From an uncultured Erysipelotrichaceae bacterium (GTDB lineage: Bacteria > Bacillota_I > Bacilli_A > RF39 > UBA660), in the NCBI GenBank assembly GCA_902785135.1, contig CACZXL010000001.1, positions 2,109 to 66,108 on the forward strand: a stretch of DNA of 64,000 nt, in the 5' to 3' direction. Below are positions 37,970-48,856 of this stretch, in pieces. The first letter of the stretch is position 1. Every line of letters begins with the position of its first letter. The position numbers were made by a program, and so were the translations under genes. The notes below the pieces were generated by a model, which was given only the letters and a program-made list of their open reading frames with translations, was not told the origin of the DNA and did not search any database.

Positions 37970-39091
37970 TTAATAAGTTTTAATTGGCATTAATAATTGT
38001 AATAAATCATCACTATCTTCTGTATTTAATATTATAGGACTAATTTCACTATTTAAAAGTATTCTTACATCTTTACTATTAATAGTTCTTAAAGCATCCA
38101 TCATATGTTTTGCAGAAAAAGCAATTTTAATATCTTCATTATTATCTTTTGAAATAGGAAGTTTTTCTTCTACTCTACCAATCTCTGGAGTATTACTTGT
38201 TACAGTTAATACATTACCATTAGTTTCAAATTTAATAACATTCTTTTCTTTTTCACTAGTTAATAAAGATGCTCTATCTACTACATTAAATAATTCATTT
38301 AAATCAGCTTTTATTATTAATTTAAATTCACTAGGAATTAATCTACTTATATTAGGAAATACATCATTTAATAATCTAGATTGAAATAAAATATTATCAA
38401 ATTCAAATAAAACTTTATTAGTAAATATATGTATTTTTATATTATTTTCTTCTTCATTTATTATTTTTACTAATTCACCTATATTTTTTCCAGGAATAAC
38501 TATATTTATAGGATTTTCCACAGAGTTATTTAATTTAATAGTTTTCTTAGCTAATCTATAAGAATCTGTAGCAATACATTCTAATACATCATTATCTATT
38601 TTTAAATTTAAACCAGTTAAAATAGGTCTTGATTCTTGTGTAGAAGTAGCATATATAGTTTGATTAACCATTGTTTTTATAACTTTTTTATCTAATTCAA
38701 TAGGTTTATTACTTTTTTCTATATTTAAATTAGGAAATTCATCAGGATCAATACCATTTAAATTAAAATTAGAATTTTTATTATATATATTAATCTTTAA
38801 TCCATCTATAACTTCGATATTAATTTCTCCATCAGGTAATTTTCTAACTATATCTAATAAGAATTTACCTTGAATTACTATTGAACCTGTTTTTTCTATT
38901 TTATCTATATATTTTTTATCTATAAATACTTCTATATCTATTTCATTATCACTTGCTACTAAATATAAACCTTCATCTTTTAAATCAAATTTTATTCCTG
39001 ATAATACTGGTATTACATTTTTAGTAGATACAGCATGTGCAACATAATTTAAGTTTTCTAATAATATTTCTTTCTTTATACTAAACTTCAT
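37970..39091 (-). CDS. dnaN: DNA polymerase III beta clamp
   Basis: AVSTKNVIPVLSGI, SDNEI, STQESRPILTG, ATDSYRLA, LLMPIK. Confidence 0.97.
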   Translation of the reverse strand: MKFSIKKEILLENLNYVAHAVSTKNVIPVLSGIKFDLKDEGLYLVASDNEIDIEVFIDKKYIDKIEKTGSIVIQGKFLLDIVRKLPDGEINIEVIDGLKINIYNKNSNFNLNGIDPDEFPNLNIEKSNKPIELDKKVIKTMVNQTIYATSTQESRPILTGLNLKIDNDVLECIATDSYRLAKKTIKLNNSVENPINIVIPGKNIGELVKIINEEENNIKIHIFTNKVLFEFDNILFQSRLLNDVFPNISRLIPSEFKLIIKADLNELFNVVDRASLLTSEKEKNVIKFETNGNVLTVTSNTPEIGRVEEKLPISKDNNEDIKIAFSAKHMMDALRTINSKDVRILLNSEISPIILNTEDSDDLLQLLMPIKTY

Positions 39092-39140
39092 TTTAAACCC
39101 TCCTATTTGCAAAATGATTTTTTTATTTCTTTTTTTATTT

Positions 39141-39180
39141 TAATACTATTCTTATTATTATGGAAGTGGAAAATGTATAA
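39141..39180 (-). other. Candidate DNA-unwinding element in the dnaA-dnaN spacer (degenerate DnaA boxes plus DnaA-trio-like repeats)
   Basis: Minus strand TTATACATTTTCCACTTCC followed by ATA-ATA-ATA-AGA-ATA-GTA-TTA and an A-rich tract; same position as the Bacillus incC DUE. Confidence 0.5.
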
Positions 39181-39254
39181 AACTACATTTTTTCCTTTAT
39201 TTATAACATAATTACCTGTTTAAAACTATGTTAATAATTTTTTATTTTTCCACC

Positions 39255-40628
39255 CTATTCTATTTTTTCTTTAATTTCTTCAATTATTTTTTCTAATTGT
39301 TTATTATTTTTTATCTCATTAGCTATTCTATCACAAGAACTCATAACTGTCGAATGATCTCTTCCACCAAAAGCCATACCTATTCTTGGAAATGATTCAT
39401 CAGTTAATTGTCTACTTAAATAAATAGCTATATGTCTTGGAAAAGCTATTGTAGCAACTCTTTTCTTTGATTTTAAATCATCTACAGATATATTATAATA
39501 TTCTGCCACAGCTTTTTTTATTTTTTCTATACTATTTGTATTATCATTAGTTTTTCCACCATGAATTGTACCTTTTAAAGCTTCTATTGCTAGATCTAAA
39601 GTAATTCTTTCTTGATAGAATATTGTAGAATAAGCACAAACTCTTGTTAATGCCCCTTCTATATTTCTAACATCTGATTGACAAGTATTAGCAATATAAT
39701 CTATTACTTCATCATCTATTTCAGATGCAAAATTCATATTTGCTATCTTATATCTTATTATTTTTTTTCTTAATTCGTTATCTGGTGGAAAAATATTAAC
39801 TTTTAATCCCCAATTAAATCTTGTTCTTAATCTATCTTCTAGATTCTTTAAATCATCTGGTGAATTATCACTAGATATAATTATTTGTTTTTTATCTTCA
39901 AACAATGTATTAAATGTGTGGAAAAATTCAGTTTGTGTTTTAGGTGCTGTTCCTAAAAATTGAATATCATCTATTATTAATACATCTATATTTCTATATT
40001 TTTCTTTAAAAATATCTTTTTTATCATAATTTGTACCTTCATTATTTCTATTATTAATACCTGTATAATCACTAATAAATGTTTCAGAAGTTACATATAA
40101 TACTCTTTTATTTGTATTTTGAATAATATAATTACCAATAGCATGCATTAAGTGAGTTTTACCTAATCCACTATTTCCATATATAAATAAAGGATTATAC
40201 ATTTTACCTGGATTTTCCGCCACAGCTAAAGCAGTAGCTTGAGCAAATCTATTACTCTCTCCTACCATAAAATTTTCAAAAGTATAGTCTGGATTAAGAT
40301 GTGCTTTTTTATAACTATTATAAGGAACACCTGATTCTTCTTCTTCTGTACTTAAAATTTCCACGGGTTTATCATTACTTATTTCATTTTCTAAAACAAA
40401 TTTTAATATAAAATTAGTACCAGTAATAGAATTTAAAATATCTTCAATTATATCTTTATAACTTTCAGCTAAATGTTTTTTATGTGCAATTGTTGGTACA
40501 ACTATTACTGCTTCCTCTCCTAAAGAAAATAAATAGGTATCTTTGAACCATGTTTCATAACCAAGAGACGTAACTCGTTTTTTTATCATACTAAGAAATT
40601 TATTCCATATCATATCTTTATTATCCAA
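39255..40628 (-). CDS. dnaA: Chromosomal replication initiator DnaA
   Basis: YTFENFMVGESN, YNPLFIYGNSGLGKTHL, LIIDDIQF, RLRTRF, GGRDHSTV; likely TTG start at 40628 after GGGGAGGTG. Confidence 0.98.
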   Translation of the reverse strand: MDNKDMIWNKFLSMIKKRVTSLGYETWFKDTYLFSLGEEAVIVVPTIAHKKHLAESYKDIIEDILNSITGTNFILKFVLENEISNDKPVEILSTEEEESGVPYNSYKKAHLNPDYTFENFMVGESNRFAQATALAVAENPGKMYNPLFIYGNSGLGKTHLMHAIGNYIIQNTNKRVLYVTSETFISDYTGINNRNNEGTNYDKKDIFKEKYRNIDVLIIDDIQFLGTAPKTQTEFFHTFNTLFEDKKQIIISSDNSPDDLKNLEDRLRTRFNWGLKVNIFPPDNELRKKIIRYKIANMNFASEIDDEVIDYIANTCQSDVRNIEGALTRVCAYSTIFYQERITLDLAIEALKGTIHGGKTNDNTNSIEKIKKAVAEYYNISVDDLKSKKRVATIAFPRHIAIYLSRQLTDESFPRIGMAFGGRDHSTVMSSCDRIANEIKNNKQLEKIIEEIKEKIE

Positions 40629-40694
40629 GTTAACACCTCCCCCAAGGTTCATACCTATTTTTTTGTTAATTTAATTATACCTCTTTTTCTTTAT

Positions 40695-40983
40695 TTTTCA
40701 ACAAAAAACAGAGAAAAAAGTTATACACAAACGATCTCCACAAGTTTTTCCACTTTTGAATTATTATAAAATATATTTAAAATTGTGTTTTCCACATTTT
40801 CCACAAATTTTATAATCCACTTTATACAAATCCACAATTATTTATTTTCCACAATTTTGTGTACAATTGTTGAAAATATTTATAGCTTTATATTATATAT
40901 AAAAAATTAAAAGTTTTCCACAAAAACTGTTAAAAAAATGTATTAAATTTTAATTTTGTTAAAAAGTGATTGACTTATCAACA
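40695..40983. other. oriC DnaA-box cluster (dnaA-rpmH spacer)
   Basis: TTATACACA at 40721; TTTTCCACA at 40788, 40797, 40845, 40914; several 1-2-mismatch boxes (40695, 40746, 40822, 40828, 40975); coding-strand switch here. Confidence 0.9.
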
Positions 40984-40998
40984 AAAAATCATTATAAT
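40970..40998 (+). promoter_or_regulatory. SigA promoter of the rpmH operon
   Basis: TTGACT-N17-TATAAT. Confidence 0.75.
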
Positions 40999-41031
40999 CT
41001 ATTATGTTTTATGGACTTGGAGGTGCGATTT

Positions 41032-41154
41032 ATGAAAAGAACTTTTCAACCAAATAATAGAAATATGAAAAAGAAACATGGATTTTTTTCAAGAGTTAAG
41101 GGTAAAGTATTAAACAGTAGAAGACAAAAAGGTCGTAAAAGATTATCTAAATAA
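41032..41154 (+). CDS. rpmH: 50S ribosomal protein L34 (40 aa)
   Basis: [23 protein letters not shown]; SD GGAGGTG. Confidence 0.93.
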   Translation: MKRTFQPNNRNMKKKHGFFSRVKGKVLNSRRQKGRKRLSK

Positions 41155-41206
41155 ATAATTCCACATATTGTGGTTTTTTTTGTATTATGTGTAAGGAGTA
41201 ATATTT

Positions 41207-41554
41207 ATGAAGAAAATTAATATCATAAAGAAACAATCCGAAATAGATTACATAATAAAAAATGGTAAAATGATCAAAAATAGATACTATTATTTATATA
41301 ATATATATAATAAGGAAAACAAATACTATAGATTTTGTATTTGTGTATCTAAAAAACTAGGAAATGCTGTTACTAGAAATAAAAATAAAAGACAAATAAA
41401 AGATATTATTGATAAGAGTAATTTAGTATTTTCAAGGGAAAATGATTATGTTATAATATTAAGGAAAGAAATTAATAACCTATCTTTCGATGAGAAGAAA
41501 AAATATTTAATAGAAATATTATGTAAACTAGAAGGAGAAAAAAATGAAAAATAA
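41207..41554 (+). CDS. rnpA: RNase P protein
   Basis: RFCICVSKKLGNAVTRNKNKRQIK. Confidence 0.93.
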   Translation: MKKINIIKKQSEIDYIIKNGKMIKNRYYYLYNIYNKENKYYRFCICVSKKLGNAVTRNKNKRQIKDIIDKSNLVFSRENDYVIILRKEINNLSFDEKKKYLIEILCKLEGEKNEK

Positions 41555-42500
41555 AATTAAAAAAGTATTAGTTATATTTTTATTAGTTTTTATTTTAACA
41601 GGTTGTGCAACAGCATTAAAAGATAAAAAGACTAATAAAGTTGTTTATTATGAAAATGATAAAGTTAAAATAGTTCTTAATGAAAATATATTATGTCAAC
41701 CTACAGATAAAGGATTAGTTAAAAAATATAATAAATATAAAAAACAAATAGATATTAGTAAACTACCTAAATGTGAAGATTTTAGAATAAAAGATACTAA
41801 ATATGATGGTATTTGGGAAACACTATTTGTTAAACCACTAGCTTGGTTAATTGTTAGAATTAATAAAGTAATAAAGAATTATGGTTTTACAATTATTATT
41901 TTAGGTTTATTAATTAGATTAATTCTAGCTCCATTTACACAAAAAACTGCTATGCAATCTGAAAATATGAAAGCTATGCAACCAGAAATGGATAGATTAA
42001 ATAAGAAATATGAAGGTAAAAATGATCAAGAATCATTACAAAAGAAATCAATGGAAACAATGCAATTATATAAAAAATATGGTATTAATCCATTCTCAAG
42101 TTGTTTATTTGGATTTATACAAATTCCATTATTAATTGCTTTCTATGAAGCTATAAATAGAGTTCCTGTTATATTTGAAGGAAAACTATTTGGCTTAATT
42201 CTTGGATCTACACCTTTAAAAGCTATAACAAGTGGACATTATGAATATATAATTATAGTTATTCTAATAGTTGGAACTACATTCATTCAACAAAAATTAA
42301 ATAAGACAGCACCAACACCTCAAAAAGGTGATGTTAATCCTAATATGATGGGAAATATGTTAGTTATTATGGTAGCAATTATGTCTATTAATTTCTCAAT
42401 TGCTTTATCATTATATTGGATTGCTTCTACATGTTTTACAATTGTTCAAAATTTAATTGCAAAACAAATTAAGAAAAGTAAAGATAGTAAGGGAGTGTAG
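41544..42500 (+). CDS. yidC: Membrane insertase YidC/SpoIIIJ
   Basis: Lipobox LTGC, LFVKPLAW, YGFTII..IRLILAP, MQPEM, GINPFSSC..QIP, LYW. Confidence 0.93.
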   Translation: MKNKIKKVLVIFLLVFILTGCATALKDKKTNKVVYYENDKVKIVLNENILCQPTDKGLVKKYNKYKKQIDISKLPKCEDFRIKDTKYDGIWETLFVKPLAWLIVRINKVIKNYGFTIIILGLLIRLILAPFTQKTAMQSENMKAMQPEMDRLNKKYEGKNDQESLQKKSMETMQLYKKYGINPFSSCLFGFIQIPLLIAFYEAINRVPVIFEGKLFGLILGSTPLKAITSGHYEYIIIVILIVGTTFIQQKLNKTAPTPQKGDVNPNMMGNMLVIMVAIMSINFSIALSLYWIASTCFTIVQNLIAKQIKKSKDSKGV

Positions 42501-42503
42501 TAA

Positions 42504-43115
42504 ATGAAAATATATACATATGAAGGAAAAAATATAGAAGAATTAACATTACAAGCTTTAAAAGAGTTAGATGTTAAAGAAGATGAAATGATTACTGATG
42601 TTAAAGAAGAAACAGTAGGATTATTAAAAAAGAAAAAATATACTTTAAAAGTTGTTTTAAAAAGTGAAGTATTAGAATTCTCTAAAAACTATATTAAAGA
42701 TATAGCTAAAGGAATGGGTTTAGATGATATTCAATTAGAAACTCAAAGAACTGAACAACATTTAAAAATAACAATGCATTCTGAAAATAGTTCTATATTA
42801 ATTGGTAGAAATGGTAGAACATTATCTTCATTACAAACACTTTTAAGATCTGCAATTTCTAATAAAATAGAAATGAAAGTAAATATAGTATTAGATGTTG
42901 AAAACTATAAAATAAGACAAGAAAAAAATATTGAAAGATTAGCTAAAAAATTAGCTAAAGAAGTATTAAAAACAAAAGAACCTATAACAATGGATTCAAT
43001 GAATTCTTATGAAAGAAGAGTAGTTCATAATGTATTAGGTAACTTTAAAGGTATTACAACTGAAAGTGAAGGGGAAGAACCAAACAGAAAAGTTGTTATA
43101 AAACCAGTAGAATAA
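42504..43115 (+). CDS. jag: Jag/EloR (KhpB) RNA-binding protein
   Basis: KH motif ILIGRNGRTLSSLQ, LDVENY, R3H motif MNSYERRVVH, SEGEEPNRKVVI. Confidence 0.93.
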   Translation: MKIYTYEGKNIEELTLQALKELDVKEDEMITDVKEETVGLLKKKKYTLKVVLKSEVLEFSKNYIKDIAKGMGLDDIQLETQRTEQHLKITMHSENSSILIGRNGRTLSSLQTLLRSAISNKIEMKVNIVLDVENYKIRQEKNIERLAKKLAKEVLKTKEPITMDSMNSYERRVVHNVLGNFKGITTESEGEEPNRKVVIKPVE

Positions 43116-43154
43116 GAGATTAATATCTCTTTTTTTTGAATAGGAGGATAATAT

Positions 43155-44492
43155 ATGTATGATACAATAGCAGCTATTTCAACTGCGCAAGGTGTAGGAG
43201 CTATCTCAATTGTTAGAATTAGTGGGGATGAAGCATTAGAAATAGTAAATAAAATATTTGATCAAGATATTTATAAATATGAAAGTAATACTATAAATTA
43301 TGGTCATATTATAGATAAAGATAAAATAGTTGATGAAGTTCTTGTATCAGTATTTTTAGCGCCTAAAACATATACTAAAGAAAACATTATAGAAATTAAT
43401 ACTCATGGGGGTATATCAGTTACTAATAAAATATTAGAATTATTATTAGAAAATGGAGCTAGATTAGCTGAACCAGGTGAATTTACTAAAAGAGCGTTCT
43501 TAAATGGTAGAATAGATTTAATTGAAGCTGAATCTGTAATGGATTTAATAGATGCAAAAACTGAAAGTGCTAGAAAAATGGCTATTAATGGTGTTGATGG
43601 TAGATTATCTAGTAAAATTAATAAATTAAGAGATAAAGCTCTAGATATTATTTCTAATATAGAAGTTAATATTGATTATCCAGAATATGAAGATATTGAA
43701 GTAATGACTATTGAAGATATAAGAAACTATTCTAAAGAATTAAATAAAGATATAGATGATTTATTAAAAACATCTGAAAGTGGAAAGATTATAAAAGAAG
43801 GTATTAATACAGTTATTTTAGGAAGACCTAATGTTGGAAAAAGTTCTATTTTAAATAGATTATTAGATGAAGAAAAAGCTATTGTTACTGATATTCCAGG
43901 TACTACAAGAGATATTGTTGAAGGAAGTATTAGATTAAATGGTGTATTAATAAATTTTTTAGATACTGCTGGAGTAAGAGAAACAACAAACACTGTGGAA
44001 AAAATTGGAGTAGAAAAAAGTTTATCATTACTTGATAAAGCTGATTTAGTATTATTAGTTTTAAATAATAATGAAAAATTAACTAAAGAAGATAAAGAAT
44101 TATTAGAAATAACTAAAGATAAGAAAAGAATTATTGTTGTTAATAAAATAGATTTAGAATCTAATATAGATTTAGATATGGATTATGTTAAAGTAAGTGC
44201 AGAAAAAAATAATATAGATGAATTATTAGATAAAATAAATGAATTATTTAAGTTAGATGAAATAAATGATGGAGATATGACATATATATCTAATGCTAGA
44301 GAAATATCTTTATTAAAGAAGGCAAAACAATCTTCAAATAATCTAATAAAGTCTTTAGATGAAGGTATACCTATAGATATGCTTGAAATAGATATTAAGA
44401 ATATAATAGATTATTTAGGTGAAGTAACAGGGGAAAGTTATGATAATGAATTAATAGACAAATTATTTAGTAGATTTTGTCTAGGAAAGTAG
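43155..44492 (+). CDS. mnmE: tRNA modification GTPase
   Basis: DTIAAIST, GEFTKRAFLNGR, GRPNVGKSS, GTTRD, DTAG, FCLGK. Confidence 0.97.
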   Translation: MYDTIAAISTAQGVGAISIVRISGDEALEIVNKIFDQDIYKYESNTINYGHIIDKDKIVDEVLVSVFLAPKTYTKENIIEINTHGGISVTNKILELLLENGARLAEPGEFTKRAFLNGRIDLIEAESVMDLIDAKTESARKMAINGVDGRLSSKINKLRDKALDIISNIEVNIDYPEYEDIEVMTIEDIRNYSKELNKDIDDLLKTSESGKIIKEGINTVILGRPNVGKSSILNRLLDEEKAIVTDIPGTTRDIVEGSIRLNGVLINFLDTAGVRETTNTVEKIGVEKSLSLLDKADLVLLVLNNNEKLTKEDKELLEITKDKKRIIVVNKIDLESNIDLDMDYVKVSAEKNNIDELLDKINELFKLDEINDGDMTYISNAREISLLKKAKQSSNNLIKSLDEGIPIDMLEIDIKNIIDYLGEVTGESYDNELIDKLFSRFCLGK

Positions 44493-44497
44493 GATAT

Positions 44498-45421
44498 ATG
44501 AAAAATATAGGAATTATAGGTAGTGGTGCTTTTGGATGTGCTCTAGCTCATACTTTTAGCAAAAATAATAATATTATTATGTGGTCTTTTACTGAAGAAG
44601 AATATAATAGTATTAATAATAATCATTGTTGTTTATCAGTACCTAGTATTAAATTAAATAATATTAAAGTATCTTTAAACCTTGAAGAGGTAATAAATAG
44701 TAGTGATATCATTGTTTTGGTAACACCTTCAAATACAATTAGAAAAATGTGCCAAGAAATAAAAAAATACTATAACAATCAAGATATCTTATTAGCGTCA
44801 AAAGGAATGGAAAATGATAAATTATTATCAGATGTAATTAAGGAAGAAATAGGAGTAAATTCTTCAATTATTATGGGTCCATCTTTTGCTGAAGAAATAG
44901 GAGAGGATTTACCAACTTTTGTTGAATTATCAGGTAACAGAGATTTAGTAGAAATATTAAATAACGATATATTTAAGGTTTCTTATAATAATGATTTAAT
45001 AGGATTACAAGTAGGTGGAGCATTAAAGAATGTAGTAACTGTTGCTTCAGGAATAGTAGAAGGTTTAGGTTATAAAGTTAATACTTCTTCATATATTATT
45101 ACTGAAGGATTAAAAGAAATTAAAGAAATAGGTATAAAATTAGGTGCTAAAGAATCTACTTTTTATGGTTTATCTGGTTTAGGTGATTTATATGGTACAT
45201 CATTAAGTAATAAAAGTAGAAATAAAAGAGCAGGTATATTAATCGGTCAAGGTAAAGATTTAGAATATATTTATAGTGAAGTAGGAACAACAATAGAAGG
45301 TTTAGATACAGTTAAAGATGCAAAATATTTAATAGATAAATATAGTTTAGATTGTCCATTAATCAATAATTTATATGAAATTATATATAATAACAAAGAA
45401 AAAAGTAGTATTATAGGGTAA
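44498..45421 (+). CDS. gpsA: NAD(P)H-dependent glycerol-3-phosphate dehydrogenase
   Basis: GSGAFG, SKGME, GPSFAEE, GGALKNV, GLSGLGDL..SRN. Confidence 0.9.
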   Translation: MKNIGIIGSGAFGCALAHTFSKNNNIIMWSFTEEEYNSINNNHCCLSVPSIKLNNIKVSLNLEEVINSSDIIVLVTPSNTIRKMCQEIKKYYNNQDILLASKGMENDKLLSDVIKEEIGVNSSIIMGPSFAEEIGEDLPTFVELSGNRDLVEILNNDIFKVSYNNDLIGLQVGGALKNVVTVASGIVEGLGYKVNTSSYIITEGLKEIKEIGIKLGAKESTFYGLSGLGDLYGTSLSNKSRNKRAGILIGQGKDLEYIYSEVGTTIEGLDTVKDAKYLIDKYSLDCPLINNLYEIIYNNKEKSSIIG

Positions 45422-45479
45422 TACTATTTTTCTTTTTAAAATTATTGTGTTAAAATACTATTTAAATAGAGGTGATATT

Positions 45480-46190
45480 ATGTCTAAAATAGAATTAGTA
45501 AACGCCTACAAAAGAACTACAGAAAATGATATTAGAAAGGATAATTATTTTTTTGAAAGATTTTTATCATTAAATAAAAGAAATCTTATAAATAGATCTT
45601 TAAATTTTAATGAAGAAACTAATGAATATGTATATGAAGGATATGGAGAACTATTGATTTTACCAGATGGTTATTTTCCAGTAACAAGTGATTACGTAGA
45701 TAATGTATATATTTCGGATTCTTCTGATGTTTTATATAAATTAGTATATTATCCTGGTTTAGAAAAAGAAAATGAAGAGGAAATGGATACAACATCAGTA
45801 ATTACTAAAATTTCTAAACAAAAAATATACTTAGAAAGAGAATATATTTTAGAAAGATCATCATTTTTAACTGAAGAAAAATATGGAGAACATAATCCAA
45901 ATCAGTTATTATGTGCTTTAGAAAATATTGAGAGTGGAAATTATACTTCATTTACTAATAAGGAACATGCAAGAGAAGATTTAAGACAAGTTCCACCAGA
46001 AGAAATTAATCAATTAACAAGACAAATATTATATAAATATGATTTAATTAATAAAAATTCATATATAAATGATTCTGATGTTAGAAAATTATTTGTAACT
46101 TATATTAAAGAAAAGGTAAGAAAAGAAAAAATGGATAGGGTTAAAAATAATGTTTTATCTTTAACTGATTTATTAACAAATATGGATTAA
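45480..46190 (+). CDS. Hypothetical protein
   Basis: ORF of about 236 aa with SD GAGGTG and a downstream hairpin; no family recognised. Confidence 0.75.
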   Translation: MSKIELVNAYKRTTENDIRKDNYFFERFLSLNKRNLINRSLNFNEETNEYVYEGYGELLILPDGYFPVTSDYVDNVYISDSSDVLYKLVYYPGLEKENEEEMDTTSVITKISKQKIYLEREYILERSSFLTEEKYGEHNPNQLLCALENIESGNYTSFTNKEHAREDLRQVPPEEINQLTRQILYKYDLINKNSYINDSDVRKLFVTYIKEKVRKEKMDRVKNNVLSLTDLLTNMD

Positions 46191-46285
46191 ACTACTTTTG
46201 TAGTTTTTTTCTTTGTAAAATTATAATAATTATAGTATAATACTTTTGCTTGAAACTTTTATTTATAAAAAGGGAGGTGAATTTT

Positions 46286-48106
46286 ATGTATGATGCAATT
46301 GTTGTAGGTGGAGGACATGCTGGTTGTGAAGCAACTTTAGCATTAGCTAAAATGGGGTTTAAAACTCTATTAGTAACAGGTTCTATTGATAAAATTGCTA
46401 TGATGCCATGTAACCCACATATTGGTGGATCTGCAAAAGGAATTGTAGTTAGAGAAATAGATGCACTCGGTGGAATGATGGGTAAAGTAGCGGATAAAAC
46501 ATTACTTCAAATGAAAATGCTTAACTATGCAAAAGGACCAGCAGTTAGATCATTAAGATCACAAGGAGATAAAGTTGCTTATCCAAAAGAAATGCAAAGA
46601 TTATTAAAAGAGGATAAGAATATAGAAATTATAGAAGATATGGTAGAAGACTTAATAGTAGTAGATAATACTATTGTTGGAGTTAAATTATCTGGTGGAG
46701 AAGAGATTAATGCTAAATCAGTAATACTTACAACTGGTACATACATGAAAGCAGATATTCTTGTTGGAGATACTAGAACAAGACAAGGACCTTCTAAAAC
46801 AAGACCTTCCTTATTTTTATCAGAAAATTTAGAAAAATTAGGTTTTAAAATACTTAGATTAAAGACTGGAACACCACCAAGAGTGGAAAGAAGTTCTATT
46901 GACTTTTCTAAAGCAAAAATGGAACCAGGTGATGATAAACTTTATACATTTAGTTTTGATGATAAACCTTATTATAAAGTAGAAGATCAAGAACCATGTT
47001 ATTTAACTTATACTACTCCTGAAACACATAAAATCATTAGAGATAATCTAGAAAAATCTAGTATGTATGGAGGTATTAAAGAAAAACTTGGAACAGGTCC
47101 TAGATATTGTCCATCAATAGAAGATAAAATAGTTAGATTTGCAGATAAAGAAAGACATCAATTATTCTTAGAACCAGAAAGTAGATATTTTGATGATATA
47201 TATATACAAGGTTTTTCTACTAGTATGCCTCATGATGTTCAAGAAAAAATGGTACATAGTTTACCAGGACTTGAAAATGCAAAAATACTAAGATATGCAT
47301 ATGCAATTGAATATGATGCAATAGATTCTAGAGATTTATATCCAACTCTTGAAACTAAGATAGTTGAAAACCTTTATACAGCAGGCCAAATAAATGGAAC
47401 TAGTGGCTATGAAGAAGCTGCATGTCAAGGATTAATGGCTGGTATAAATGCAGGTCTAAAAATGCAAGGAAAAGAACCATTAATATTAAAAAGAGATGAA
47501 GCTTATACTGGTGTTCTTATAGATGACTTAGTAACAAAAGGTGTTAGAGATCCATATCGTTTATTAACTTCAAGAGCGGAATATAGATTATTACTTAGAT
47601 CTGATAATGCAGATTTAAGACTTAGAAAATATGGTTATGAAGTAGGTCTTATATCTAAGAAACAATATGATAAATTAATTAAAAAAGAAGAAAATATTAA
47701 TAAAATAATAGAAGAATTAAAAGAAATAACTATAAAATCAGAAAAGAAAATGAATGGTATTGAATTTGTTAAAAGAACTGAAAATAACATTTATGATATA
47801 GAAGATAAATTAAGTACTAAATATGATGAATTAGAGTTAGAACAAGCAGAAATTCAAATTAAGTATGAAGGCTATATTAAAAAAGCTAGAAAAGAAGCAG
47901 AAAAAATGAGAAAGTTAGAAAATAAAAAGATTCCTGTGGATATTGATTATGATAAGGTTCCTAACTTAGCTTCAGAAGCAAGAGTTAAATTAAAGGAAGT
48001 TAGACCAATGTCATTTTCTCAGGCTAGTAGAATAAGTGGAGTTAATCCAAGTGATATAGCTATATTATCAGTATATATGAAGAGGTATTTTAATGAATAT
48101 AAATAG
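46286..48106 (+). CDS. mnmG: tRNA uridine modification enzyme GidA
   Basis: [63 protein letters not shown]. Confidence 0.98.
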   Translation: MYDAIVVGGGHAGCEATLALAKMGFKTLLVTGSIDKIAMMPCNPHIGGSAKGIVVREIDALGGMMGKVADKTLLQMKMLNYAKGPAVRSLRSQGDKVAYPKEMQRLLKEDKNIEIIEDMVEDLIVVDNTIVGVKLSGGEEINAKSVILTTGTYMKADILVGDTRTRQGPSKTRPSLFLSENLEKLGFKILRLKTGTPPRVERSSIDFSKAKMEPGDDKLYTFSFDDKPYYKVEDQEPCYLTYTTPETHKIIRDNLEKSSMYGGIKEKLGTGPRYCPSIEDKIVRFADKERHQLFLEPESRYFDDIYIQGFSTSMPHDVQEKMVHSLPGLENAKILRYAYAIEYDAIDSRDLYPTLETKIVENLYTAGQINGTSGYEEAACQGLMAGINAGLKMQGKEPLILKRDEAYTGVLIDDLVTKGVRDPYRLLTSRAEYRLLLRSDNADLRLRKYGYEVGLISKKQYDKLIKKEENINKIIEELKEITIKSEKKMNGIEFVKRTENNIYDIEDKLSTKYDELELEQAEIQIKYEGYIKKARKEAEKMRKLENKKIPVDIDYDKVPNLASEARVKLKEVRPMSFSQASRISGVNPSDIAILSVYMKRYFNEYK

Positions 48107-48797
48107 TTTTAATGAAGAAGTAAAAAAATTGGGTATAACATTAACAAAAGAACAAATGGATACACTAGAAAAGTTGTATGAATTACTTATTAATTATAAC
48201 GAATATGTTAATTTAACAAGAATAGTGGAACATGATGAAGTATATTTAAAACATTTTTATGATAGTTTAACTTTAATTAAAGCATATAACTTAAGAAAAC
48301 CAGCAAGTTTATGTGATGTTGGAACTGGTGCAGGATTTCCAGGACTAGTTCTTGCCATTTGTTTTCCACAGTTAAAAGTAACTTTGATAGAAAAATTAAG
48401 AAAAAAAGTAGATTTCTTATTTTTAGTAAAAAAAGAATTAGAATTAGATAATGTATTTATTTGTAATGAAAGAGCAGAAATATTTGCTAGAAATAATATT
48501 GAAAAATATGACATAGTTACAAGTAGAGCATTTGCTAGATTAAATATATTAACAGAAATATGTATGCCTCTTGTAAAAGTAAATGGATACTTTATTCCGT
48601 TAAAAGCAACATTAGATGAAGAATTAGAAGAAGCTAAAAGTACTATAGAAATAATGAATTCAAAACTAGAAGAAGTTATTACTTTTAATTTACCTGTTGA
48701 AAACAGTATTAGAAACTTACCTGTTATTAAAAAGGTTGGAAATAATAAACAAAAGTATCCTAGAAAATTTAGTGAAATTAAGAAAAATCCATTGTAA
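48093..48797 (+). CDS. rsmG: 16S rRNA G527 methyltransferase GidB
   Basis: [30 protein letters not shown]. Confidence 0.95.
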   Translation: MNINSFNEEVKKLGITLTKEQMDTLEKLYELLINYNEYVNLTRIVEHDEVYLKHFYDSLTLIKAYNLRKPASLCDVGTGAGFPGLVLAICFPQLKVTLIEKLRKKVDFLFLVKKELELDNVFICNERAEIFARNNIEKYDIVTSRAFARLNILTEICMPLVKVNGYFIPLKATLDEELEEAKSTIEIMNSKLEEVITFNLPVENSIRNLPVIKKVGNNKQKYPRKFSEIKKNPL

Positions 48798-48856
48798 AAA
48801 ATGGATTTTTATTATATTATAATATATGTATAAGAATAAAAAGTGAGGGGATAAAT

